Source: Iphione sp. A-MEVVRFRX5 (taxonomy: Eukaryota). Taken from it: a DNA stretch of 64,000 nt. Position numbers and translations under genes: made by a program. Positions 35,311 through 48,420 of the stretch are shown here, piece by piece. The DNA lies in contig OZ320316.1 of assembly GCA_976226885.1 (NCBI GenBank), positions 56,048,001 to 56,112,000 of the forward strand, given 5' to 3'. The notes under the pieces were generated by a model that saw only the letters and a list, made by a program, of their open reading frames with translations, was not told the DNA's origin and ran no database searches. How positions within the stretch are numbered: position 1 is the first letter of the stretch; each line of letters opens with the position of its first letter.

Positions 35311-38300
35311 CACTGTTTGTGGCCCCACCTGGAGAATGGAAAAGGCAGTAATGTGGAGCACACCTCCAATATGCTTGCCACATGGTAGTGACGCCGACGC
35401 TGCCATTACACACAATCTTCCATCCCTGCTACCACCAGACACCATCGTCAGCCTTTTTGCCTTTCTGTAAAACCTCTATATTGTAGAGCCCATCTCTGGT
35501 AGGAGTCGCACTACATTCAGCTGCTCATTCCGCCCCATTTTTAAAGAAAAATCATACATGTATTTGTGATCGCCATTCTATACACACCCAAAACATTTCA
35601 TAGGCTCATTTGTGTGAGGTTTCTCCATATTTTCTAACGCGGCGATGGCCTTTTTGGTAACCCTTCCCTCATATCGGAGTATACGCCTACCGACAATGAT
35701 GCTTCCTGGTGGAAAGGGAGTTTTTCTCATACTCAGTTGCCACTAGAAATATATATGTCAGGCCCCTGGGTTTATGGCCCACGCTTCACTGATAAATTGG
35801 TTTCACGTCCCTTTAGCTCTACAGCCAAGGACCAGGCAGATATCAGGCACCCTGTTACACGGGTCATTACCAAATAGTCAGGTAGATCTCTTCAAGAAGG
35901 AGGTTGTAATACCTGTTGGTCAGGTTTGAGTGAGGTATTTACTGTTGTAGTTCCGTAGCAAGTTAGTCCCGACCTCTGATGTCATGGCTAAGTGGTTATA
36001 GGCCATATAAATATCAGTATCTATGGCTACCACATAATCCCTCCGTCCTTTGCTCAGTACGTCTGAAACCTGTGGTTTCCAAAATGGGCAACAGATACGA
36101 AAGGGTAACACAGACTACATTCACTGGTCTGCACTGGTTATGTTCCATTTTTTTTGAGTTGACCCGAAAAAGATCAATACTTTAATCTTACATGCAAGGC
36201 GGCTTGTCAGGCTGGCTGGTGCCGCTAGAATATTAAGACCTTGCAACGAAGATGCTACATAAATATATCATACCTCTTCCTCCACAAGTGATACTGGACT
36301 GGAAAACCATAAATCTAATTGCTTATATTACAAGAAATATTCTCTAGCTACCTATATTATTTTTTCTTTTTTTTTAATATGCCTAATTATGCAGCATATG
36401 CACATTTTTTTACGGCAGTGAACTCTACTATTTACACATCTGCCTTATAATGCTGTTGGCCTCTCAGCCGCTGTTTTCGTCTGTTATTCGTCATGTGAAC
36501 TAGGCCCGTCTCTCGTATTCTCACATCAATCCACCCAATCCCTACATTTCTGGATCCATGTGGGATTATTTAACGGGCGCTTTCGGTCGGGTTGTTTTTT
36601 TATGATTTGACCACACGCTTCAGGTGGAGAAGGTAGGAAACAATCTTTGTAATCACGTAAAATGATACGTTGAAGCAGCCCTCAATTTGGTGCTGTCTGT
36701 TTTTTGAGTGCAATAGAAACGGGAAACGGGAAGAGGTATTTATCAGCAAATCAGCATATTAAAATAGCAAATGTCAACAAAGGGACTGATATCGAAAGAA
36801 ACGCTGGACACCGAACTAGAGCAAGGAAGCAAGGGCTGAAAATGAAGCCTAAATTGTTCAGGCACGTGCCAAACAGGGTTGCTGGATAAGGGCTCTTCCT
36901 TCCTGCACATGTCCAGCGGAAGCAATTTATAGAAAATGGAATTAAAGAAAGATCGAGAATAATCAGAACCTGTTCTTGACACATCATTGTTAACTTAGTT
37001 TACTCTCCTTTTGATCAGAAAATCGTAATGACTTTGAGGAAGTCGAAGACAGTTGTTTCTACGGACGGACCAGAAATAAGGGCTTGGTCGGCGAAAATTG
37101 ACCTGATACCCAATCATCACGAGAGGGTTTGGAGGCGATTCAGGCTTAACAAACCGTAAGCCTTGTACATACCAGTCGCTTTATAGGAGCTTCGCCCAGT
37201 TAAGATGTGTTTACACTTGAAGAGGATTCATGTATACCTATTCCTCTGCGTACCTGAGGAATGTCACCTATTTTTTCAACCCAAGTTCTAGGTTGACCCC
37301 TCTGCGATATCCCCTGTCAAAATACTTGGTAATTGTGAGAATGTTCGGAAAGGCTTTATCCTTCTCATTTATCGGTAGGTTGAGTGTAAAATTGCTTTGT
37401 CACTTTACGCTTACATTATCCGCTATAGTAGGAATTGTTATCGGATGACTTCAAGTTATGACGATGTTTTATCTGGGTTCGTAAAATCGTCATACCTCAT
37501 GAAGTCCTCGGATAATATCATTGGGGATTTATCATGTACAGCTACAGTGACATCTCGGTAAATTACTATCTGATGTGGGAGGTGCTCCCCTATAGGAGGG
37601 TGGGAATTGGCATGACTGTGACTAATAGCGCTGGACCTCGAATTTCAACACAGACCTCATGACCTTTGCAGGGCTGAGTAACTTCATCCTTCTTCGTAAT
37701 TGCTGTTTAAAGAGTTACATTACATGGAAAGCAACCTTCCCAAAGGCCTGGATGTAGGATGCAGGTATGGATGTAATGCGTAATGTCTAGTTTTCTTAAA
37801 TGAACTGAGCATACAACTGTTACGCACAAAACTGATCACTTCCCATGAGAGAAGAGTATGAGAGACAGGGAGATGCAGCCAGTTGAAATGGGAGTTACGT
37901 CACTATGGATGAAGACGGGAAGAAAAGGAAGAATTTTTTCTCGGGAAAATAAGGACTAGGGTCACGATAGAAATACAGCATGTATGATACGTTGCTCTGT
38001 AAGATTGAAAGTGAAACTAGTCCAGTGTTAACAAACATGTATTAAAAGGTCAGATTCCTTCCAGTCACCAAATAACAAGCCTTCACAGCTAATTTCTTCC
38101 CTTCGCGGATGAAGTACCTCTGTTACAATAACTAGTTGCAGATTGTCTTTCGTACCCTGAGGGATGAGCACTAAATTCATGATAATATAACGATGTTATC
38201 AGCCTTAAATGAAGTTAATCATCAAATGAAATTATCAATATAGTTTAAAATATACATACAACTAATTAACAACTGAAGACATTATTATAGGTATAAACAT

Positions 38301-39000
38301 TATATAGTTAAGGAGTATAGACACTTATTTCAGAGAGAGACATATTAGGCCTATATCTGAGTAGGAGGGTGTTCTTAGTCCACGTTACAGTCTCAAATTC
38401 ATATTTAGAATTGATCATCTAAAACGGTTATGTTGGAAAACCTCAATTATCAATTTCGTATGACTTCTTGCTGGGATCGTTGGTATAGTATGAAACATGA
38501 AATCACATTTTATATGAGGGGGGGGGCTAAGATAAGGTGGGTGGTTTTGCACCAACCACCTATAGTTATAGGCCTGTACATAGGCACATAACTAACTGTA
38601 CATGTGCATTTAAGACATGATGTAACACTCGCAATAGATCGTGCTTGTTACATCTATCATTGTGAAAATACAATAGGCTATATATGCTCAAAGCTAGCTC
38701 TATTTATAAAGAGGAAGGAAATCTCAGAAAATAACCAGCACCTTATACGAGATGCAACATGGCTTCCCTGTCCGGATCGCAGCAGCAGCTCCCCAGCCAT
38801 CGGACAGTCACCAGAGAGACTAGGCCCCTAGCTTCAGCACCATCAGTTTACTTCTGCCAACAGATACGTGCATGTGGCAGGAATGATATCATCCCCAGAT
38901 CCCAATATAAGCAGCAGGGATCTGCTTAAAAAATTCAGTCAGAGACGAGACACCGACAGGACTAGGCAGACAGAGAAACACAGAAGAACCTAGCAGCGCT

Positions 39001-39026
39001 AGAGCCAGAGCCAGAGCCAGAGCCAG
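39001..39026. repeat. (AGAGCC)4 hexamer repeat
   Basis: Visible directly. Confidence 0.9.
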
Positions 39027-39299
39027 CGCAAGGCAGTCCAGGAGCCACTTATACTCTATCTGCAGCAATGGTTTTGAGGAATTGACAGGATTCAAGCTCT
39101 CGCGACAGACATTGGCTTAATGAAGTTAGTAGGTAGATCTGCACCGTGAACTGAATTGCTCGCTTTGAGAAATGTAATCCCTATTGACTCTAGGTTTGCC
39201 TTGAGACTGCAAACCATATTGTATTTTTACTTGCCTTGGCAACTGCGAACTGACAGACATTTTCCTTCATACCATCACTGACAGAGAAGAAGCATAGGC

Positions 39300-39680
39300 C
39301 CCATTGTGGCATGTCTCAGTAAAACAGTGTGTCTCCTCTGGTGAATGCAATTCTTTGACTCTTCATTCCAACTGACTATACAATAGAAGGGTAGAGTAAC
39401 AATACTCCTTACAGGAGGATGACACTTGATGTAGATACTGGCCAATCACCTTCAAGACGAAAGTGTCCACCAGCACAACCAACAGAGCTGAATACATGGA
39501 CACGTCAGTCTACCACAGACATCCACACACCTACTTATCACCAGTAGACACTCACACAACGTCGAGACTTCTACAACAGACACTTTCAAAGTGATGCTGT
39601 GGACACGCTTAGAGACCTCTCTGGCAGAGTCCTTTCCTTTTATAACTACATTAAATTTCCTCAAATGGATAGCGCATGTA
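39300..39680 (+). mobile_element. Highly degenerate LINE RT C-terminal remnant
   Basis: VSPLVNA (cf. VRP.LEYA), TYLSPVDTHTTSR and ESFPFITTLN (cf. SFFP.T...WN). Weak matches only. Confidence 0.25.
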
Positions 39681-41174
39681 GATTTTATTTTGCAACAAGT
39701 AGTAATATTCACAGTTGCATTCGTTGATGATTACTCGTTACATAATTACTGACTACCTGATAGCAGGAACATTATAGAATTATACATAGCTATCATCGCT
39801 TGCATTTGATAAAGGAGCTCGGAAGCAAATACTTGAATACAAGTCCACACATATATGTATGTCTACATGTGTTGTATATATTAAAAACATAACATTGATT
39901 TAAATTATTCTTTTTCATTATTTCCCCGACATACTATCCTAATTCTAATGAGGTCCATTTTAAGGGACTTTAAACCAAATTAATGTACTTTAGATCACGA
40001 ATTTTCACATGGGTGGCATCACTGTAAATTCACATCGTGCAATGCTGGAGTCGTCGTGCAAGAATCCTATTATGCATACAAGCCGACAGGGAAGAATATA
40101 AAAACACGGATGGTACATTTAGGCAGAGTCTTTCTAGGTCTCCACATATGCTGGTATTGTATTTTACATCCCTATTAAACACCTTAATGTCGTCTAATTT
40201 TAATTTAGACAGTTTCGCCCCAGTCCTTTCATGAACAGAGATGCTGTACACGGAGATTCTATATATATTAATAATGAACTCTGAGGGTGTTGGGAACGCT
40301 ATCCTAAAACTTATGTTAAGGTTTATCTGTCATTTACTCGTAGCACCTTAGAGATTGGTGAGGTCGATAGGCTACACACCCAGGCTTTTAGTGGACCACG
40401 ATCGATCTGTAATCGTTTATACATGTCATGTCATGGCTCCTGTAGTCCCTTGCCGGCTGCAAGCTCAGCTCAAGGCCTACTACGTATGCTTGAAAAATGA
40501 AAGAATAAAAGCTCATGTTGTCAGCATGAGTACAATGGAAAGAGAGAGGCGTATCAGGTGTGTGATAGAGAAGAGAGAAACAAGGGAAAGAGATGATATA
40601 AAGTCAGAGGAGAATTGCACAGACCGAGGAGAAAAAAACAGAGGGCTAGTAGGCATCATCAGAAAGGCAGAGTGCATGGCGAGAGAGGAAAATGTGAGGA
40701 ACCAGTTGCTACCAGAACAGCCCAAGAGCCTGACATGGGAAATGTACGACTTATCTCTGTTTCATATTCGGTGCAGGAATTTTGGCAATCCCTGGACGTA
40801 GACAACAATAGCGAAGATGATATTATTTACAATGTTAAATATCTGGTCTGGTGATGTACCTCATACTGCCAGAAATATGGTCCGTCTCTACCGCCTGCTG
40901 TCGGCAAGCGATCCATCATCCTTCCTCCTCTGTCCGGCATCATTCAAAGTGTCCCCGCCAAATTACACTGCCAAAACCTTCCGACTGTGTCTCATCCAAT
41001 TCGTCCCTAATTTCCGCGCATATTTAGGGTGTCCTCGCCAGAACGGGCTCCATTTTAAATGTTATTTCTCGGTTAATCAAACCCCGTTTAGCGGTGCCCG
41101 TGCACTGTGCGCTCCATACGGAAAACGTGGGTTAGTGACAACAATATGTACACACTTTATGAATATATCTACAC

Positions 41175-41322
41175 CAGGCCCGTAGCCAGGACCATTTTGG
41201 GGGGGTACCCCCAATACAACAGAGGCGGAACTAATTTTTTTCCTCTCTATAGAGGCAAATAGGCATTAATGGCTTTGGGGATATCGGACGATACTCCTGA
41301 TATCCCCTTGGCTACGGGGGTG
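41175..41322. mobile_element. hAT5-like MITE, copy 2
   Basis: CAGGCCCGTAGCCA ... TGGCTACGGGGGTG, flanked by TACAC on both sides. Confidence 0.85.
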
Positions 41323-42599
41323 TACACGCAAACCACAGGACTTCCAGTTGCGAATGGACGATTTGAATTGACCAATTGTGGCCTCATTAGGACAGGGGAA
41401 CAGAAAATGATCATGGCAAGGCCACGGGTCAGGTCCCGAACGAGAAAGCAGAGGCGGGTCTTGGAATGGAGGTCCTTGTATGAGTACATCCTTCGATCAG
41501 TTAGTCTCCATGGGGTACACCAGGAGGAAAATAAATGATAAACTGTCAGATACGGTTAATTTGATGGTCATTGGATGTAAGTCAACTGAAGCCTTGAGAC
41601 TGACTAATAAATGCATGCTATTCGGACGGAGGGCAGAGCGATTCTCAAATCTTAAAGGGCAGGGCATGACGGACACAAGACCAGGTACTGTTTCACATCT
41701 AGACGGGAAACCGTTATGTACCAGTTTCATTTATATAATTACCAGGGCTGAAATCAGTGAGATGAGATGAAGGCGCTGTTCACTTAATCAGTGTGGCGAC
41801 TATTTGTTTTAAATTTTATCATTGTAATCTCAAACAGAGGTCCGTTGACACACTGCAAAGATAGCAATGACAGATGCAGAAGCGATGGGCCACAAACCCT
41901 GACCCTTCACAGTCAGTTCAATTATATGCACCTATGTAGTCCACGAATTTTCATAGGATACAGTCGACTATTGAATATATTAAACAAGAATACACTGATC
42001 GATGAAGTGTACACCTACATTAAAAGCGTCACAAAACTCGAGACGAATGAGTGTGTTTGAAACATTAAGCATGTAATTCAATATAGGATAAAATTTATCT
42101 TCATGGTCTCTAACACTGCCATACAAAGGGCATTGTAAGACGAGTAGTTTCATGAGATGTCACATTCACTAATATATATACGTATCAATATCTTATCAAA
42201 GTGGGCTTAAAGTTTCGTATGTGAATTAACTCATAAGGATCCTTGGACAGGCATCAATACAAAGTATAGAACAGAACAAATTCATTAGAATATGGCAATC
42301 GTATAGATTGTTCCAAACAGGAAACATACATAAAAATAAGAACCTGGAATTGTAAGGTAATGAGGCTGTTTGTGTAGAGCAACAGTAATCTATAGACAGA
42401 ATGAAGGAAAGAGGGGCGTTGGGGGTAATGAGATTATGAAGGTTATAATACTGAGACAATAAGAGAGTCTTCTTGCATACATTTCACATAAATTTGATAC
42501 AAATACATGTGAAATGAATTTGATAGCTACTGATCTTAATGCAATGACTGATGATGACCTTGATAAAATGATGATGAGTTGATAAAATGGATATATAGT

Positions 42600-45100
42600 A
42601 ATCAGGAGGGGGGGGGGGACGTCAACACAAACTGGACAAGGGGAGATGAAAGGAAAACAGATCTAGAGAACTGCAGCAAAATGTTCAATCTTCATCAATA
42701 TATATGGTATGTTCAACATTATCTATCATACAACAAAGCCTGTCTGGATTTAATATTAAGCAACATGTCCCATATATATAATTATTCCTGCTTGTATCAG
42801 TGATCATCGCCGTATCCCTGAGAAAGAAACAAAATCAGAGAATTAAAACTCCAATTTACATATGAAGGAAAAGACTGGCAAAACTATAGCTACATAACTC
42901 TGAGTGCTGAACTACAGGATGTATTCAACCACTTGCCATCACGTACTGACATGAGTGTAGTTGGTAAATGAAAGTTCATCAATGAGACAGTAAAACAAGC
43001 TTTTAGCAAAATCTGTCCTATTAAGATGAACACTACAAATGTGGCAATAGGGAAGCTATTAAAAATCAGGACTCTTTTTTATGGGATTTCAGAGTGACAG
43101 GCAATATGTGGATGATCTTAGGATGTCTAAATTGTAAAAGTGTAACAAAGTGCCTGTGTTGTTGGTGAAATAACATTATCTTAAATGTAACAATTATGCA
43201 TAATACTATGCCAGAGTCAGAAAATGCTGGGAGATAATGCTTTATGTTATGCTAATTGTCTTAAAGTGACTGTGTTTTGTAAAGTGTACAGTTAAAAGCA
43301 TTAGGAAGTAAAGCCTTATACAAGACTTAACAGGAGCAAAATAACATTTTTGCTAGTACTTGTAATTCTGGTAAGGTGCCGTTGTGATTTCCATTGTTGT
43401 TTACAGCTTGTGTGAACACAATCATGACACTTTAGAAAAACCATCCGTACATAATGTCTCTATCTCATGTAAGTCCCTAATCCATGTCACTATGATATAT
43501 ACAAATATAAGTAAGATGATTGAGTATTGTGAATAATGGTTTAACATACTACATGTTATTTCTGTGCATTGTTTACCACAGTTTCAACGTATATAAGGAG
43601 GCTGCTCATGCACCCTACTCACACTCCATTACCACTGATCATCAGTTATTGTTCTGTTGCTACCAGAATAAAGGCTGAGAATCAAACCTGACTGGTGTGG
43701 TGTACATACAGTTGCTACATAGGTATCAAGTTTTGAAGCTAATGAAGGTAGCAAAAAAATTACACAACAAGCTGGCTTCAAGCGTGTGGTAGTATAAAGG
43801 TTTATTGGATTTGCGAAAATACCCTGGTGCCATCAATATAGAGGAAATCAACTGAAATAAAACTGAAAGAGGGAGAGACATGGCTGGACCGGGATTGAGT
43901 TCCAGTAGTCCTTAATGACAACTTCAGAAACCAGGTTGAGGCAATCTTGCAATCATACACTCCCCATGTCAAAAACAGTAATTACACGTGGTAGACATTG
44001 GGATGTTTAGGAAGACAGTTTATGATATGAAGACTTCAAAGCCCGGTGATGTAGACAGCTTACCCCCTATATTAAAGGATGCCATCCTATTCATGCTTAA
44101 GCCAGTATGTCGGTTTATTAAATCACACGTTCAATAAGGGAGTATTTCTTGAGGCCTGGAAGGAGTCCAGAGTGACACCAGTCAACAAGAAAGGTTATAA
44201 TTAATACAAGCTAGATGCTATCCTTCCCATTATCGGGAAGACAATTAAGAAAATTCTACACCATCAGATGGTAGAGTATCTGGAGGGCATGATCTATTAC
44301 TATAGGGAACAGCATGGGTTCCGAATGCTGCAAGGGACAAACACAGCTGTGTCCATTCGCCTTAACGATGTCTATGAGGCCTTAAATGAGAATATGCTTA
44401 CCAGTGCCATCTTTTTTTACATAAGCGAAGCCTTTGATATTGGGAATCATAACCTGAATATATATGCTGAGATGGGTAGTAGCATACCTTGGCCGTAGAA
44501 CTCAGATGGTATAGTGTAATGGCTCAAGCTCAAACAAAAGGAGTGTGCTTCAGGATGTGCTGCAAGGAAGTACCCTATGGGGCCACTCTTGTTTGCTGTG
44601 ATAATAAGTAGCCTAATGTGAAGACATCACGGGCAGAAAACAATGGTCTTAAGATATCAGCAAAACCTTCTTTATGGTGTTTGACAAAACCTCTCAATTT
44701 GACTTGGACCTGTACCTTAATGGCTTGTCAATTGAAAGAAAGCATGAGTGTGATTTCCTAGGTTACAGACTAGACGATACCGTTTCATGGCACCCACTAG
44801 TAAAGGAAATTTAAAAAACAGGCTAACAATAGTATTTTACAATTACAATATTTTGTTCCTGTTTGCCCACTTCTTCTCTCTGGTCTGATTAGACTAATTG
44901 GTCTTAGACCAATGTGAAGTCTTCTTGTAAGCACTAGTATATACCAGTTACTATGTGTGTTTCTTATTTGATTCCTGTTCATTTGTATTAAATTTCTCTT
45001 TATTTGTATTTAAATCTTTTTGTTACCATCTTGTGTTCACTGGAACCTCTTTTACATGTTACTTGAGAAGTGATTAAATGCATTCAATCTTCAAACTTCA
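42600..45100 (+). mobile_element. CR1-group LINE (endonuclease C-half, linker, RT, 3' tail), interrupted by a solo LTR
   Basis: GGDVNTNW, CLDLILSN and (C)ISDH (APE). EAWKESRVTPVNKKG, EQHGFR, ISEAFD, GPLLF and LGYRLDD (RT). Tail ATTCAATCTTCAAACTTCA at ~45080. Confidence 0.85.
43141..43719 (+). mobile_element. Solo LTR (~580 bp) nested in LINE
   Basis: TGTAAC ... AATAAA(43667) ... GTTGCTACA. LINE coding sequence stops just before (DDLRMSKL*K) and resumes just after (YQVLKLMKVAKK), collinear with the 47961..48338 copy. TSD degenerate. Confidence 0.6.
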
Positions 45101-46059
45101 GACTAAGGAAGAGAGCAAGAAGTGAATTATATAACAGAGAGACGCCAGGAAATGGAGGTCAATGCATGTGTATATTGTCGAATAAGTGGAGTGGCACAAT
45201 TGAATTGTTTTCTTACTGTACTAGTGCAAGATGATCTTCTGATCTCTCTACGCACACAGGTCTATGTTCTCTGACTTTCTTAAGTCATTTTTCATTCAAT
45301 ACAATCCAATCATACAGTTTTTCTTCACACAGTACCTGTTGTTGATGAAGTTACAATATTAAAGTAGTCTTCCATCCAACATCCAACATATGCTTCTCTA
45401 TAGTATTTCTTTTACTACTCTTAATATTTTGGCTTAAGTACATTTCCATTATCATCACATGTAATAATAATATTGTACATGAATATATAATAATGATATT
45501 TTGAAAGAAAATGCAATGCTCTCAATCCATGTTGTTATCGGATAATGATTCTAGATATATAGTAATAATAGGGCAGAGTTCCTGACATACAAAAAGAATG
45601 GAATCAAAATGTTATATATGCTCGTTCGGTGCTAAAACGTCGGCCAACATGTTTTGAGGAACATATTAAGCAGGGGAGTGCACAGATAATACATGCACCT
45701 ATGCACACACGTTTACACACATTTATACAGATATCTTCACTCTTGCATATCATTTACATCTCGCGTAATTATTAAGATTAGGTATTCATGTACACATATT
45801 TCTACCGAAATGTGCAAGCACATGCCGACATGCAGACACCTGTACAGTAGGAACTCTGGATTACAATCACTGAAGGCACAAACCATTGCTGCCGTTGACA
45901 GATGGTAACCCCGTAATATTGCCCTCCCCGTTCAATTGCCTGCAAGATGGGTTTCTACTATGTAAAGACAGATACATACGTTTATTCACATTCTTCTCAT
46001 TAAAATACAGTAGCTCTTCCAGTGAACACTGGGTGAACATGATGTTATTGTCCACTAGT

Positions 46060-48420
46060 TGAATTAGATGACATTTTCAACACAAAAAGGAAAACAAGTT
46101 TCGTAGTTACAGAAGATTAAATAGGAAATAAAGGTTGAATTCATAAATCATGTCACAATACATCTTCACTAGGAGCTTTGCAACTTACGTATAGGTGGGA
46201 ACATTGGAACTTAGTAGTTCTAGGCTTCTTGAGCTTTAGTTTCAGACCAAGGCTATTTCTGGTGTCTCTCTTATACTGTATGGCTGTTAACAGGCCCAAA
46301 TGATGCAACTGATGAATTAGTACAATAACATGACGTTGTCCTCTCAGCTCGAGTGACTCTAGTTTCAACAGTCTTCTCAATGAGATGGCTGACTCTCTAG
46401 CTACACCATCATTACACAACACTGATTTGAAGCAACGACTATATTCGATCTGCAGTTCATCTAACACCTTTTTACTTTGATGAGACCATGAATGGAAGGC
46501 AGTAATCAAATATTGGGCTTACAAAAGACTTAAAGATAGTTGCTCTGTCTAAAAAAGGAATCAGGTGTGTCACCTTGGACAGACAGCGATTGTGTTGTCT
46601 GACCTTTCTCCTTACACATTTCAACATTGGCAGCAAATTCAGGCCAGTATCAATTGTGTAACCAAGAAACACAGTGTACTCTTTCTTTACTATTTTTTCC
46701 CCCATTACATCAAGATCAAGCTCTAAATCCTTTGACTTTCCAAACAACATGTACTGAGTCTTTGTAAGACTTAGGACTAAGCCCATCGGTTTACACCACT
46801 GGACCACGTCTCATATACATGGCATTAATTTTAGCCTTAATGCTATAACATTGCCCACTGAATAAAAGATGCTGATATCATCTGCATATCATCTGCACTA
46901 TTAGTGATGACTAGATTATCTGGCAAAGTGTTTGTGATGACTGAGAATAACAACAGCCCGAAGTGACTACCTTGGGGCACTCCAACATGTACTGAAAGAC
47001 TAGCTGATTTTGCATCATTCCAGAAAATATACTGCCTTCTACCACTTAAATATGACCTCAGCCAATGTAACACATTTTTGTCAATTTCTGCTTTTTGTCT
47101 AGAATATTTAATACAACATTATGGGGTGTTAAATCAAAAACCTTGGATAAATCGCACATGATCAATCCAAAGCGTTTCCCTTCATCTAAGGCCATATATA
47201 TGGACTGAAGTAATGTGGCTAGAGCTATACTTGTCCTCCCCTCCTTAGTCTGAAGCCATGCTGTTCTAAGGCAAAGAAAGATATTTCATCCAGATAGTTT
47301 GACAATTGCTTATGCACAATATTTTTCAATTAATTTCCGAACATTATTATTATTTGAATTATCGAAATTGGTCTATAATTTTTTGCTGATGTAGCAGGCT
47401 TTTTTCAATAATAAATAGACACGAGATAACTTCCATTCATCTAAGAAAATGCCTTCAGCCAAGGACTTAGTAACAATAGTTGTCAGTGGCTCTATCATCA
47501 GTAACAATGCATCACGTAGTACCAGCCCAGGTACACCATCCATACCTGTTGGCTGACTCAAATTCATTCGTAACAACTCTTTCACTAGTACATATACTAT
47601 CATGGGATGACAGTTCCATCCATTGTCCTTGGTATCAAGATAAACTGTATAGTGGGTGGATTTGAAGCCACATCTGCTACCACAGCATGTTCAATGGAAA
47701 CACCACTTTCTAGTAACAAGTTTACAGGTTTTTCTCTGATACATCTCAACAGTGGGTGGATTTGCAGCCACAAGTTCAGCCACAGAGTCTAAAAAGAAAT
47801 AATTTAATACATCTGCAACCACAGCATGTTCAATGGAAACGTCACTTTCTAGTAACAGGTTTACAGGTTTTTCTCTGGTACATCTCAACAGTAACGTTTT
47901 TAACTCTCTCCAATAATCCCGGGATGAGTGGGATGACATTACTCGCGATGTTACATATTTTCATTTTGCCTTCTTTACCAAGGTATGTACCAACTGCTTG
48001 TAAAAGCGACTGATCCTATAATCATCAATACACCCAGATACTTTATATTCAGCAAGAAAGAAATCCCGATTTGCCATTGCCTCCGGAATTGAATCTGTCA
48101 TCCACTTATTGTCTAGCTGGACACAAAGTTCACGATATGGACACAACTTTTGATCCAAGGCACTAGTTATTTTCTTTGACATACATTTCCATAGGTTACT
48201 GACATCTGTTGTTACATCATCTTTTAATTGCTTTACAATAGCATCTAATTTATCATTCAGTGCAAGCCTGTCATATTTGGACATAGATCGACTCTTCATA
48301 GTCATCGACTGGCGACTGTTACATTCTTTCTTATCCACTATAATAACATCTCTGTGATCACTGACATTTATTTCAATTGTACCACTGAAGTTCAGTCTTC
48401 AGATTTGTAAAAATTAGATC
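46060..48420 (-). mobile_element. CR1-group LINE ORF2 (EN end, linker, RT, C-terminus), same family as 42600-45100
   Basis: SDH at ~48360, WMTDSI..AMANRD, GMDG, EGIFLDEWKLSRV, WLRSYLSGR, GVPQGS..GLLLF, SADD and FLGYTID (ORFs 46153-48338). Confidence 0.9.
47651..47889. repeat. Tandem duplication inside LINE (100-bp deleted copy plus 139-bp full copy)
   Basis: AGTGGGTGGATTTG.AGCCACA...CACAGCATGTTCAATGGAAAC..CACTTTCTAGTAACA.GTTTACAGGTTTTTCTCTG.TACATCTCAAC repeated; the first copy lacks 39 bp. Confidence 0.95.
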
